A stretch of 64,000 nt of DNA, from the NCBI GenBank assembly GCA_038213805.1, contig JBBQSO010000025.1, forward strand, positions 1-64,000, given 5' to 3'. The notes beneath the pieces are model-generated. The model was not told the DNA's origin. It saw only the letters and a program-made list of their open reading frames with translations, and ran no database searches. Position 1 is the first letter of the stretch. Each line of letters begins with the position of its first letter. Both the position numbers and the translations under genes were made by a program. Below are positions 1 through 9,951 of this stretch, piece by piece. This DNA comes from Planctomycetota bacterium (GTDB taxonomy: Bacteria; Planctomycetota; UBA11346).

Positions 1-1198
1 TGGGCGTGCCATGGTCGCGGAACGTGGCGTGAAAGTAGCCGACCTGGTTGGGTACACCGCTGAACGGCGTGGAGCGCACCTTCCACGAAACTCCCTGCAC
101 CGGCTCTTCGCCATTGCCGACCAGCTCGATGCGCGCGCTGGCGAAGAACGGCATCGGGAAATAGCAGGCCAGCTCGGCGCGCTCGGTGCTGGCGCTGAAG
201 TGGACGTGCACCGGGAAGGCCTTGACCAGATCGGCGGCCTGCTTGCGGTTGTAGAGCGTCCCGGTGCCGAAGAACAGCGCCACCGGCGCGTCGATGGAGG
301 GTTTGGCGCGGTCATCCCAGGTGACGCGCAGGCGGGTGCGCCCGAAGGCGATGGCCTGATCGACGGGGACGGAGAAATCGAGCCCGCGCACCTGCGCCGG
401 GCCGGCGAGGGTCGCAACGTGGACGGCGTCGTCCTTGGGGACGGTCACCGTCCCGTCCTGCTGGGTCAGCGCCAGGCGCTCGGCCTCTGGCGAGCCTGCG
501 GCGGGCAGCAGGTCCTGTCCCGCGCGATTGATCAAGGCGATCACATCCTGGGCGGGCGCCGCGCTCCAGTCCATGGCCGCGAGCGGCTGCGACAGCCGCG
601 CGCCCGGCGTGAACAGATCGTAGATGTAGTAGCCGGTGCCGTAGCGCGTGCGCTCGTACGCCATGCGGAACGACTTGGTGAACGGCAGCGGCGTCCAGAT
701 CAGGTCCGCACCCTTGGTGGTCGACCAGGTGTAGGCGAGCGGCTCTGGGAACGGGCCATCAGGGATGAAGGTGCTGGGATGCGGCTTCGCGTCCGGCTGC
801 GCGGTCATGCTCTCGGCCAGCATGTGGTCGGTGCCGTCGATCAGGTAGTGCCACGGGCTGCCGTGCCAGTGGTTGTAGCGCATGAACATGACGATGCCGC
901 GGCCCTCGAGGTCGAGGGTGACGTTGGCGTCGTCGGCGAGCTGGTAGAGGAAGTTGCTGGCGTCGACGTGCAGGTTGCCGCCGCCGCGGTCGTAGGTGCT
1001 GCGCAGGTAGGCGCGCTGGCCGATGCGCTGGTCCGCCCAGTGGTCCCAGGCGCGGTAGGCGTCGAGTCCGACGGGCAAGACTGGCGGCTCTTCCGTGGCG
1101 CCGGCAAGGACGGTCGGCAGGCAGGTGACGAGGCCGAACCAGAAAAAGATGCGGGATCCACGATGGCGATGAGGGCTCTGCGGGCGGTCAGTCGACAT
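1..1198 (-). CDS. DUF2961 (GH172-related) secreted protein, 3' end runs off the window
   Basis: Not in the ORF track because it is open at the edge. Manual translation from ATG 1198: MSTDRPQSPHRHRGSRIFFWFGLVTCLPTVLAGATEEPPVLPVGLDAYRAWDHWADQRIGQRAYLRSTYDRGGGN...FMRYNHWHGSPWHY. The STYDRxGGN start is typical of DUF2961 proteins. ORF 11..1231(+) is its antisense shadow. Confidence 0.7.
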   Translation of the reverse strand, partial: MSTDRPQSPHRHRGSRIFFWFGLVTCLPTVLAGATEEPPVLPVGLDAYRAWDHWADQRIGQRAYLRSTYDRGGGNLHVDASNFLYQLADDANVTLDLEGRGIVMFMRYNHWHGSPWHYLIDGTDHMLAESMTAQPDAKPHPSTFIPDGPFPEPLAYTWSTTKGADLIWTPLPFTKSFRMAYERTRYGTGYYIYDLFTPGARLSQPLAAMDWSAAPAQDVIALINRAGQDLLPAAGSPEAERLALTQQDGTVTVPKDDAVHVATLAGPAQVRGLDFSVPVDQAIAFGRTRLRVTWDDRAKPSIDAPVALFFGTGTLYNRKQAADLVKAFPVHVHFSASTERAELACYFPMPFFASARIELVGNGEEPVQGVSWKVRSTPFSGVPNQVGYFHATFRDHGTP

Positions 1199-1431
1199 GC
1201 ATGTGCTCCTCGCAGCTGTGCCGCGTCGTAGACCGGATGGCCGCAAGGCGGGGGACTCCCAACCCAGCATTCCCTACTTCCAGGCTGTGGACCCGTTGTC
1301 GGCATGAGACAAGCGCCCATCCGCTCATCATGACGCCATATCTGTGACCGCTGGACCAGCGGATCCACGGCTCTCCCCCGCCCCTTGTGCCCGCCCGCCG
1401 CCCCTGACCATCAGCGGCCGCAGGGGGCGCC

Positions 1432-1680
1432 GTGATCGATAAGGAACTGCTCAAGGCCATCCTCAACTGCTTTGAACGCGGGAAGGGCCAAGCCGTGCTG
1501 CGCTCGGATATCCTCGCCAAGGTCGACACCGCCTGGCAGATGCCGGCCATCGAGGCCGCGCTCACGTACCTCTGCGGCGCGAAGATCGTGATGACCTCGC
1601 GCGATCGCGCCGGCGTGGCCTATTACCGGCTGACCTCGGACCGGCCGTATTCGATGATCAATGAGGCGAAGCTGCGGTAG
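1432..1680 (+). CDS. small hypothetical protein, possible winged-helix fold
   Basis: 82 aa with GC3-rich codons; helix-helix-helix then 'IVMTSRDRAGVAYYRLT' beta-hairpin pattern. Confidence 0.55.
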   Translation: MIDKELLKAILNCFERGKGQAVLRSDILAKVDTAWQMPAIEAALTYLCGAKIVMTSRDRAGVAYYRLTSDRPYSMINEAKLR

Positions 1681-2119
1681 GGCGCAGCACTCCCCGCATC
1701 CGCGCGCGCTTGTTCACACGCGTCTTCATCGCGGCCAGTACGGCGCCGCCGCGAAATACATCGGAGATGGGCTTTCGCTCAAAGTAGCGTTTGGATAAAC
1801 TGTCACGACGGCAGTTCGCAATGGTGATGACTACGACGTGGCCAAGAACGAATTGCGCGTACGCGTTCATGCGACACAAGGCATTGACACCAGGATTCCG
1901 CGCTTGTCGATACAGCAGGCACATATCGTGATCGAGTCCACGCCAGAGGACGAACAGCTCGCGAAGGTCGGATTGTATCACCGTGAAATCCGCAGCCATC
2001 TCGCGGACAAGTGCTGACAGCTCGGCGAGGGAATCCGTGGCATTGGCGTGATCTCGATCAACCTCGTCAGGTGGCATGGCGTTCTCGTGAAGAAGGGAAA
2101 GGCGGGTCTTCAGATCCAC
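1658..2119 (-). CDS. hypothetical protein
   Basis: 153-aa ORF with protein-like composition and no recognised motif; its 3' end overlaps the convergent ORF. Confidence 0.4.
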   Translation of the reverse strand: MDLKTRLSLLHENAMPPDEVDRDHANATDSLAELSALVREMAADFTVIQSDLRELFVLWRGLDHDMCLLYRQARNPGVNALCRMNAYAQFVLGHVVVITIANCRRDSLSKRYFERKPISDVFRGGAVLAAMKTRVNKRARMRGVLRPTAASPH

Positions 2120-2581
2120 TTAAGCCAGCCCCGTGGCGCAACCGCATCTCATCCGGCACCTTCGCCAACCACGACGTCCTGGGCATTGGCGTCGCGTAGG
2201 GCAGGCTGCACTGCAGGAGTGCCACGAACTCCTGCAGTTTAGAAATTTCTGTGGATAGCGCGTGATCGCCGTGTCTACCTGAAGAATTCCGTCCCCGCTA
2301 GGGGATGTACACACGCACGCGCACATCCAGATCCGAGCCGGGGCTGACGGGCGCGCTACCTGGGCCGCGGTTTACCGAGCACCCATCAGCAGGCACAGGT
2401 GTTTGGTATGGTTGATGGGCACCACGGGCGAATCTCCTGACCAGGACATGAAAAGCCCTGCGCCGGATGGCGCGGTCGCCGGACTGGAGTCCCTGCGGTT
2501 TTACGGCATTGCCCATCCGTTGTGGTCATAGGCCTGCGACCTTCCCAAAGTGATGTCCGTAGTAGCGTCATTGTGGTGGCT

Positions 2582-3559
2582 TTAATGCCCCGCCTTAAGC
2601 GTGATCGCCGTCCCATCCGGCCGCGCATCGTAGACCGCATGGCCGTCGACGACGTCCACGGTCGCCGTGGTCTTGCCCTGCGTGACCGTGCAGTGCTTCC
2701 ACGCGGCCGGGACCGCCGTCACCAGGGTCAGCGGCGCGTCGAAGATCTTTGCGTCGGCGCTGGTCGCCAGGCTCAGCGCGATGACGTCGCTACCGGCGTG
2801 GCCGGGTTTGACGGTCGCGCCGTCGCGTTCCATCTCGTATTTGTAGACGGCGATATGCCCGGCGATCCACAGCCGGTCGCGCGCGACCACCAGGCGGTCG
2901 AGGAACTCGGTGTAGATCGGCATCGACGTGGTCAGCCAGTCGCCGCCGACGCCGTGGAATATCACGCAGTCGGCGCCGTGCTTGGCCAGGGCCTTCTCGA
3001 CGATGCCGTAGAGTTCGTCGACGGTCTTGAGGTTGATGAAGCTGAAGCGACCGTTGACCTCGGGGCGCATGATCAGGTGGTGCTTGGCGAGCGCGTCCTT
3101 CAGCTCCTGGTCGGTGACCGTCCAGGCGCCCTCCTTTACGCCGGGCTGACCGAACGAGATCAGCGTCGGCGGTCTCGCGCCGGCGATGCGCTCGATGGCG
3201 GCGTTGGCCTTGACGAGTTCATCATCAAGGTCCGCCGCGTCCTTGGCGCCCTTGTGGGTGAAGGTGTGGTTGGCGTACTCCATGCCGAGCTTGGGGATGG
3301 TGACTTCCCAATCCTGCTTCTTCGCCGCGTAATGGCCGCTGCCCGGATTCAGGTAGAAGGTCCCGGTGAGCTTGCGCTTGACCAGTTCGGGAATCGCGTT
3401 GGTGACGTCGGTCATGCAGCTGTCGTCGAACATCAGCATGATCGCGGCCTGCTTGTCATCCTGCCAGGTCGCGACACGGGTCGCACCGAGGGCGTCCGCG
3501 GCGCCGAGTCGGGCGGCGCCAAGCAGGAGGAGGGTGAGGGCGGTGGACCAAGGACGCAT
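2582..3559 (-). CDS. secreted polysaccharide deacetylase (NodB/CE4-like)
   Basis: Signal peptide; 'LMFDDS' and 'ANHTFTH' metal-binding motifs. Confidence 0.85.
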   Translation of the reverse strand: MRPWSTALTLLLLGAARLGAADALGATRVATWQDDKQAAIMLMFDDSCMTDVTNAIPELVKRKLTGTFYLNPGSGHYAAKKQDWEVTIPKLGMEYANHTFTHKGAKDAADLDDELVKANAAIERIAGARPPTLISFGQPGVKEGAWTVTDQELKDALAKHHLIMRPEVNGRFSFINLKTVDELYGIVEKALAKHGADCVIFHGVGGDWLTTSMPIYTEFLDRLVVARDRLWIAGHIAVYKYEMERDGATVKPGHAGSDVIALSLATSADAKIFDAPLTLVTAVPAAWKHCTVTQGKTTATVDVVDGHAVYDARPDGTAITLKAGH

Positions 3560-3590
3560 GCGAAGCTCCGGGTACGAGGGTGCTTGAAGG

Positions 3591-4088
3591 TTAACCGTGG
3601 GCGTCGCAGGGTGTTGACGCGAGCTTACGTGGGCGCGGTGCGTCTGAGCGGCTGGAAAGCGTCATTATCCCAGGTGTGATAATCTTGACGCTGGCCACAT
3701 GAAGGCCTGGATTTCCGGTCATGCTGTGTGCATCCATCCATGCATCGTTCACATGCGGGAGGGGTGGACGCCACGTGGAATCTTTCGGATCCCCGGTGTG
3801 GTGCCCGCCCTCACGCACCGTGTCCGTCGGATCGATGTACCCCAGCAGCATGCCCAGTCCCAGCACCAGCGCGAGCAGTCCCAAGGAAATATAGACCGCC
3901 GGGTGGTTGTACCAGCGATTGAAGATCTGCTCGCGCATCTCCGCCTTGTCCTTGCCCTTGCCGACCTCGATGCGGTAGCACCAGAAGCGCACGCGCTTGG
4001 GGAAGAGCATGGTGAATGCCCCGCCGAGGGCGAGGAAGCCGCAGGCGATGGAGCGGATGAGGTGATCAGTGTCGTGGCTCAGGGCCAT
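3591..4088 (-). CDS. hypothetical membrane protein (2 TM)
   Basis: Start chosen at ATG 4088 (MALSHDTDH...), with AGGA upstream; two hydrophobic segments. Confidence 0.6.
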   Translation of the reverse strand: MALSHDTDHLIRSIACGFLALGGAFTMLFPKRVRFWCYRIEVGKGKDKAEMREQIFNRWYNHPAVYISLGLLALVLGLGMLLGYIDPTDTVREGGHHTGDPKDSTWRPPLPHVNDAWMDAHSMTGNPGLHVASVKIITPGIMTLSSRSDAPRPRKLASTPCDAHG

Positions 4089-4218
4089 GTGGGCTTCCTG
4101 GGGAGCCGACCTTGGCGATCCCCATCGGGAAAGCCACGAGCTGGAATCCGCCGCCTCTTCCCTTGCGACCATTGCCTTGGTCGGAAATTCTGAATGCTCG
4201 CAGCTTGGAGAACCGCTC

Positions 4219-6933
4219 ATGCGCACGAAGACGTCAGCCGCGCATCGTGCCACCGCGTGCCGCGCGGTCCTCATCTTTATGCTGAGCAGCGCTGCCCAGG
4301 TCCGCGCCGCGGAACCCGTGCCTTTCCTCGAACTCACCTATGGCGCTGCCGAAGGCCTGATGCCGCCTGCGCCGGTGGGTGAGTGGTGGCGCGAAACGGT
4401 CGTCGAGTCCGCGGTCTGGTGGGGTGCGACGAGTAACACCCCAGTCGATGGCGCGGTAGCGCTCAGCAATCTGCGCATCCTGCGCATCCTGGTCAGCGGC
4501 GTACCAGCCGCAGATGGCCAGCTGACCCCCGCCATCGCCATCTGGGTACGTGAAGCGGTGCCGCTGCTCGGGCCGACGCTGGCGACGGTCGCCGCGCGCT
4601 GGCCAGGGTATTCAGCGCAGGACGAGGGTGGTGCGAGCATCTTGCGCGGGCCGCTGGCGATCCCAGCGGCCCAGAGCGAACCGCCGCCAGGCCTACGCAT
4701 CGCGTTGCGCGGCGCGGGCCTCGCCGAGGAGTTGCGGCGCCGCGTCTCGTCCGACCAGCCGACCGGGCTCAGCGCGGAGGATCTGGCGGCGCGCCTTGCC
4801 GAGGCTGCGCGATGGAACCCGGTTGCTGGTATCGAGCCCGGCCCAGGCGGCCCGCACGGGTGGTTGGACACGGGCCTGCCCGACCGCTGGTTCAAGGCAG
4901 TCGATCCCGCGGTGGTGGGCCGTCTACCCGCGGGCACCAGCGCTTGGGCGGCTATCGGCATCGATGGCGGACACCTGCGCGAGGACTTGGCCACCGATCC
5001 GGCGCGCGCTGCAATGACGGGCGCGTGGTTGGCGACGCTGATTCCGCTGCTCCAGCCAACTGCAGTGGCCGCCGCCCTTGACGGCACGTGGCTGGTCGCG
5101 CGGTCCGGGGATGCCGCATTCGCGCGTGCGCCGCGCTCACCCGAGCTCGATGCGATCCTCGCGGGCCTTGCCGCCATCGCCGGGGTGCGGGTGCCAGTGG
5201 ATGAAGTGGCGGTAGAACTCGACAGCGGGATATTCTGGGCGCGCGCACCGCACGAATGGGTCGCCGCGACCTCACCGGAGGCCGTCGCGGCATGGTTCGC
5301 GGCGACGCCGCGCCTGGCTGTGACGGTGCCCGATGGCGCGCTGCTGATCGGACAGGCGAGTCAGGGAATGACGAGTGCTGCGCTCGCCGAGTGCGAGCCC
5401 GTGCTGCCGTGGTGGGAACCGTTGCCCGCGCGGGCGGGAAGCCCGTCACAGCTCAGCCGTGAACTGGGGGCCAGGGGCAAGGATGCGCCGTTCGCCTGGC
5501 CGCAAATGGCGGCGGCCCTTGATGGCGCGGGCGACCACCGCATCGTCGGCCAAGCCGCCGAGGGTCACCTGCGCTGCGCCCTCGAAGGGCCGCTGCTGCC
5601 CTGGCTGATCCCCGGTTTTGCCATCCGTTGGTGCGCAGACCACGCCCAGGATGAGGAAGGCAGGGTGCGGTTGCGGGCGGAGATCGCGCGGCTGCGGGCA
5701 GATGGACAGGCCGTTACACCGGGCGACCTCGTCGCCGCGCTGCCCGCGGTCGCGCCGGAGCGGATTGGCGCGTGGAGTGCTCAAGTAGCCGTCGCCGGGC
5801 GCGCACAGGGACTGCCGTTCCAGCCCATGCAGAAACGGCTGGGCGATGAGCCGCTCCCCTGGCCCGAAGGCGACGCGGATCGCCAGCTCCTCAACCAGGG
5901 GCGGAAGCTCGTCGAGGCCACGGCGGGGCTCGACGAGCCCGGACTTCCCGGCGGTGGGGTCCTCGACCTCCTCACCGAACCCGCGGCCGCGCGTAGGTCT
6001 TTCGACTTCCGCATGCCTCATCTGGCTGCGGCCCGGGCCTTGGCGAGCTTGGGCATGGTCCTCGTCAGCCATGGCGATCGCCGCGGCGTTATCCTGGCCG
6101 ATCGCGCCGGTAGGCTGGTGCAGGCGCCGCAGAATACGATCGGCTTGTTTAGCCAGCTGGGCATTTGCGCGCAGCGCGACAACGCCTGGCTGGTCACCCT
6201 CGTGGCAACGGATCCCGAACGGGTCGCACTCGACCGTTGGTTGGGCGAGGCACCGCAAGAGCTGGACTGCGCGAGCACCTGGCGCGGCGAGCGCGTCTTC
6301 ATGACCGGCCGCGCGGCAGCGTGCTGGCTGGATCAGGGCGCCGTCCCCGCGGCGATTTCGGGGGCCGCGTTGGTCGCGCCCATCTTGCGCATGGGCCTGC
6401 TGCAGTCCCACGCGCTGCGCGGGCCGACGGCGGCTGAACTGGCCTTGATGATGGCCTACCAGCGGCAGCTCGAGCGTGGCGAGCGCGCGCCACTCGCGGG
6501 CATGGAGGACCTGGGTTCCCCGCTCACCAGCATGGTGATGCAAGACATCGGCATGACGTATGTGCAAATGAGGACCGCCCAGGCCAAGCAGGTGCTGACG
6601 CGTCTCGCTGCGCGCCTGCAGCTCCTCGCCCGGGATGGCAAGCTGCCGCGCACGCCGGTGCAGGCCCTGGCGGTTCTCGGGCGCCTGGATTGCCCCTTCG
6701 GGTCGACCATGGTGCCGCTCACCTACCAGTTTCTGGCCGACCACGCCTTCCGTCTCTTCGTGTCCGACCAGGTCCCACCGCCCGTGGGCATGCAGCCCAA
6801 GCTGTGGCAGCGCATGCTTGCCGCCGAGGTCGTCGCGCCGGGTCGGCACGTGGTCGTCCCGGGTCGGGTGCTGGAAGTGGTCATCGACCCCCGGTTGGCG
6901 CCTGAGGAGCGCAAAGGCGCGGACGGCTTCTGA
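4219..6933 (+). CDS. large exported hypothetical protein (~900 aa)
   Basis: Long ORF with a signal-peptide-like N-terminus (MRTK...AVLIFMLSSAAQVRA); start uncertain. Confidence 0.7.
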   Translation: MRTKTSAAHRATACRAVLIFMLSSAAQVRAAEPVPFLELTYGAAEGLMPPAPVGEWWRETVVESAVWWGATSNTPVDGAVALSNLRILRILVSGVPAADGQLTPAIAIWVREAVPLLGPTLATVAARWPGYSAQDEGGASILRGPLAIPAAQSEPPPGLRIALRGAGLAEELRRRVSSDQPTGLSAEDLAARLAEAARWNPVAGIEPGPGGPHGWLDTGLPDRWFKAVDPAVVGRLPAGTSAWAAIGIDGGHLREDLATDPARAAMTGAWLATLIPLLQPTAVAAALDGTWLVARSGDAAFARAPRSPELDAILAGLAAIAGVRVPVDEVAVELDSGIFWARAPHEWVAATSPEAVAAWFAATPRLAVTVPDGALLIGQASQGMTSAALAECEPVLPWWEPLPARAGSPSQLSRELGARGKDAPFAWPQMAAALDGAGDHRIVGQAAEGHLRCALEGPLLPWLIPGFAIRWCADHAQDEEGRVRLRAEIARLRADGQAVTPGDLVAALPAVAPERIGAWSAQVAVAGRAQGLPFQPMQKRLGDEPLPWPEGDADRQLLNQGRKLVEATAGLDEPGLPGGGVLDLLTEPAAARRSFDFRMPHLAAARALASLGMVLVSHGDRRGVILADRAGRLVQAPQNTIGLFSQLGICAQRDNAWLVTLVATDPERVALDRWLGEAPQELDCASTWRGERVFMTGRAAACWLDQGAVPAAISGAALVAPILRMGLLQSHALRGPTAAELALMMAYQRQLERGERAPLAGMEDLGSPLTSMVMQDIGMTYVQMRTAQAKQVLTRLAARLQLLARDGKLPRTPVQALAVLGRLDCPFGSTMVPLTYQFLADHAFRLFVSDQVPPPVGMQPKLWQRMLAAEVVAPGRHVVVPGRVLEVVIDPRLAPEERKGADGF

Positions 6934-7027
6934 GTCACGCTGCGGCACCGTCACCGGCGCGGCCGGATTGACCTTGCCGGGATCCGGCGCAGGGCAATCC
7001 TCCAGAACACCCCGTGGGAGCGCTACC

Positions 7028-8065
7028 ATGCCCGTATTTCCGCATTTTCAGGCCATGGCGGCAGCCACCGGCCTGGGTCTCTGCCTGGCGTTCATCGCCA
7101 TGAGCACCGCCACTGGTGCGGAGGACTACCTGGAATTCCCCGGCGGCCCCGGCATCGGCCAGGGCAAGCGCGTGGTGCTGATCGCCGGCGACGAGGAATA
7201 CCGCTCCGAGGAATCGCTGCCGATGCTGGCAAAGATCCTCAGCAAGCGTCACGGGTTCGCCTGCACCGTGCTGTTCTCGGCTGAGGCCGACGGCACCGTC
7301 GCGCCGACCAAGGGTGAGTCCCTGACCCATCCGCAGGCGCTCGACGGCGCCGACGCGATCGTCATGCTGGCGCGCTTCCGCCACTGGCCCGATGAAGCGA
7401 TGAAGCACTTCGTCGACGCCTACCTCGCCGGCACGCCCATCGTCGCGCTGCGCACGTCCACCCACGCTTTCAAGACCACCGGCACCTTCGCTGCCTACTC
7501 GTACGACGCCAAGGCGCCGTGGGCGGGTGGCTTCGGTCGCGAGGTGCTGGGCGAGACCTGGGTCAGCCATCATGGAGAGCACAAGAAGCAGGGCACGCGC
7601 GCCATCATCGAGGCGGCGCATGCGGATGCAGAGGTGCTGCGCGGCGTCAGCGGCATCTTCTGCGACACCGATGTCTACACCGCGGCGCCCCCGGCGGATG
7701 CGCGCATCCTGCTGCGCGGACAGGTCACCAGTTCGCTGCAACCGGACAGCGCGGCGGTCGAGGGACCCAAGAATGAGCCGATGATGCCGGTGGCATGGAC
7801 ACGCGCGCTGGTGAACGCGGCCGGCAAGACCAATCGCGTGCTGTGCACGACCATGGGTGCGGCCACCGACCTGCGCAATGAAGGCCTGCGCCGGCTGGTC
7901 GTGAACGGCGTCATCTGGGGGGTCGGGCTTGAAGTCCCCGCCGCCGCAGACGTCACCCTGATCGATCCGTACGCGCCCTCGGCCTATGGCTTTGGCGGGA
8001 ATCTTCCGGGACTGAAAGTGGCGGACCTGGAGCTGGGCAAGCCCTTCCCGCCGGCCCCGCACTGA
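7028..8065 (+). CDS. ThuA-like domain (class I GATase-like fold) secreted protein
   Basis: Signal peptide; 'RVVLIAGDEEYRSEESLPMLAKILSKRHGF', 'LRTSTHAF', 'GETWVSHHG' and 'TTMGAATDL' motifs. Confidence 0.85.
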   Translation: MPVFPHFQAMAAATGLGLCLAFIAMSTATGAEDYLEFPGGPGIGQGKRVVLIAGDEEYRSEESLPMLAKILSKRHGFACTVLFSAEADGTVAPTKGESLTHPQALDGADAIVMLARFRHWPDEAMKHFVDAYLAGTPIVALRTSTHAFKTTGTFAAYSYDAKAPWAGGFGREVLGETWVSHHGEHKKQGTRAIIEAAHADAEVLRGVSGIFCDTDVYTAAPPADARILLRGQVTSSLQPDSAAVEGPKNEPMMPVAWTRALVNAAGKTNRVLCTTMGAATDLRNEGLRRLVVNGVIWGVGLEVPAAADVTLIDPYAPSAYGFGGNLPGLKVADLELGKPFPPAPH

Positions 8066-8240
8066 ACTCGCACCACTGCGCGGCCGTGGGTGGGCGCGCG
8101 CAGATGGCACGAGTCCTCAGAAAAAATCCGTGCCCGCTGCAGTGCCGGACGGCATAGGGAGCCCTCCTGCTGGGTGATTCGTTGGCACACCATGCGCAAG
8201 CGCAATGAGCAGGTACCACCGCTCATCCCGCGAGGTCGTC

Positions 8241-8513
8241 ATGCGCATCCCTATTCGCAACCCGCTGCGTAATCCCCTCAACTTCATGATACGCGACCAC
8301 GTCCGTACGCGCCTGCGTATCCGCCTGGACATCATCCTGCTCGCCATCGGCGCCCTCCTCATGATCCTGGGCTTCTTCACTGACGGGCAGCCCGGGCGCG
8401 GCAGGTCCGCCTCCAATGCGCAGTTCGATGTGTCGAGCTGGATGATGTTCGGCGGCCTGGTCGTGGTCGCCTGCGGCGCGCTCCTGGCGCTGCGCCGGTC
8501 GTATCCTCAGTAA
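8241..8513 (+). CDS. small 2-TM hypothetical membrane protein
   Basis: GAGG before ATG 8241; two hydrophobic helices. Confidence 0.55.
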   Translation: MRIPIRNPLRNPLNFMIRDHVRTRLRIRLDIILLAIGALLMILGFFTDGQPGRGRSASNAQFDVSSWMMFGGLVVVACGALLALRRSYPQ

Positions 8514-8750
8514 ATCTTCATCATAATGTGCGGGCGCGCGGGACCTGCGGCCATCACCGCGGCTGCGGGCACTTCTAGCGGACGCGACCTCCCGCGATGG
8601 AACCCGTGCCGTGCACAACCCAGTCCGGTACCGGGACGCGCAAGCATCTAAGAGCTCCGGCGGCACAGCGCGTGCTTGGTGACGGTACCCTTGCGCTGAC
8701 CGCACGTCGCGGCCATCCGCACATCACCCACGGTTGCTAAGGAACATCCC

Positions 8751-9272
8751 ATGCCTGACATCATCGCGCTGCTCAAGGCCGATCACAAGGAAGTGAAGGA
8801 CCTGCTCAAGAAGCTCACCGCCGATAAGGAACCGGCCGACTGCGACGCCTTGTTCGCGAAGCTTTACGCCAGCCTGCAGATCCATTCGCGCTTCGAAGAG
8901 GAAGAGGTCTATCCGCTTCTCAAAGATGACGAGGAGACCAAGGACATCGCCCTGGAGGCCTACGAGGAGCACCAGCAGGTAAAGACCCTGCTCGAAGCGC
9001 TCAATGCCATGGACGACGAGGACGAGACCTGCAATGCCAAGATGAATGTCCTCAGCGAGGACCTGCTCCATCACATCAAGGAGGAGGAGGGCACGCTGTT
9101 CCCCAAGCTAAAGAAGGCGGTCGACGAAGAGACCCTGCAAAAGCTCGGCGAGAGCTACCAGCAAGCGAAGGATGACACGGTGGCGGGCGAGGACGAGGAC
9201 GAGGAATCTGCGGATGCGCCCCGGGAGAAGAAGACGGCCGCCAAATCGAACAAGGCGGGGCGCTCGCATTGA
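8751..9272 (+). CDS. hemerythrin (HHE) domain protein
   Basis: DHKEV, HSRFEEEEVYP, EEHQQ and HHIKEEEGTLFP motifs; AAGGA RBS. Confidence 0.9.
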   Translation: MPDIIALLKADHKEVKDLLKKLTADKEPADCDALFAKLYASLQIHSRFEEEEVYPLLKDDEETKDIALEAYEEHQQVKTLLEALNAMDDEDETCNAKMNVLSEDLLHHIKEEEGTLFPKLKKAVDEETLQKLGESYQQAKDDTVAGEDEDEESADAPREKKTAAKSNKAGRSH

Positions 9273-9298
9273 GCGTTGCCCGATCACGCTATCCGCAG

Positions 9299-9328
9299 GC
9301 GCGCTCCGCAGGGAGCGCGCTTTTTTTT
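9299..9328 (+). terminator. Rho-independent terminator
   Basis: gcgcgctcc-gcag-ggagcgcgc stem followed by T8, just after the hemerythrin stop. Confidence 0.85.
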
Positions 9329-9510
9329 CGATCCTGCGCGAGCCTGCAAATCAGGCGCCCAGAGGCCGCTGTCCGGTGACTGGAATGCCAGGGAAAGCCC
9401 TGACAAATTCAGATCGAAAGTGTCCCAGCGCGCCGCGAACCCGGGCAAGCAACAGGCGCCATCGCGACTCCTGGACGTCTCTGTTCGCACCTGGGACCGC
9501 GGCCCGTTGG

Positions 9511-9560
9511 ACCGCTTCCTGCCGCTTCCTGCCGCTCCCTGCCGCTTCCTGCCGCTCCAT
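9511..9560. repeat. 10-bp tandem repeat (GCCGCTTCCT-like) x5
   Basis: accgcttcct gccgcttcct gccgctccct gccgcttcct gccgctccat. Confidence 0.9.
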
Positions 9561-9600
9561 GCACCGCACCTCACCAAATTCCGCCGCTGCTCCTGCTTTT

Positions 9601-9951
9601 TTAACCGGAGCGCGCACTCACCAGCGGTCCGATCAGCAGCACCAATGCCACCACGACCACCGCCAGCAGCGCCCAACGTCGGCGATCGCACAGCACCGCC
9701 CACCACCAGCGGCGGTGGCGCCACAGGTGCAGCGACAGCAGTGCGAGCATGGTCAGGCCCAGGCATAGGTGCAGCAGCGCCCATCCCTGCCAGCCCAGTC
9801 CCCATACCGTCAAGCCGCGCGGCTGGTCCGGGCCCAGGCGGTATTCCATCACCAGGCCAGAACCGGCGAGCAGGGAGCCGCCCCACAGCATCGCGAGGTT
9901 GATACCACGATCGATCCATTGTTGCAGGCCAGGGCGGGGATCGTCACTCAT
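9601..9951 (-). CDS. DUF4405-like small membrane protein (putative b-type cytochrome)
   Basis: 3 TM segments; 'WALLHLCLGLTMLALLSLHLWRHRRW' with two His spaced 14 apart. Confidence 0.7.
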   Translation of the reverse strand: MSDDPRPGLQQWIDRGINLAMLWGGSLLAGSGLVMEYRLGPDQPRGLTVWGLGWQGWALLHLCLGLTMLALLSLHLWRHRRWWWAVLCDRRRWALLAVVVVALVLLIGPLVSARSG

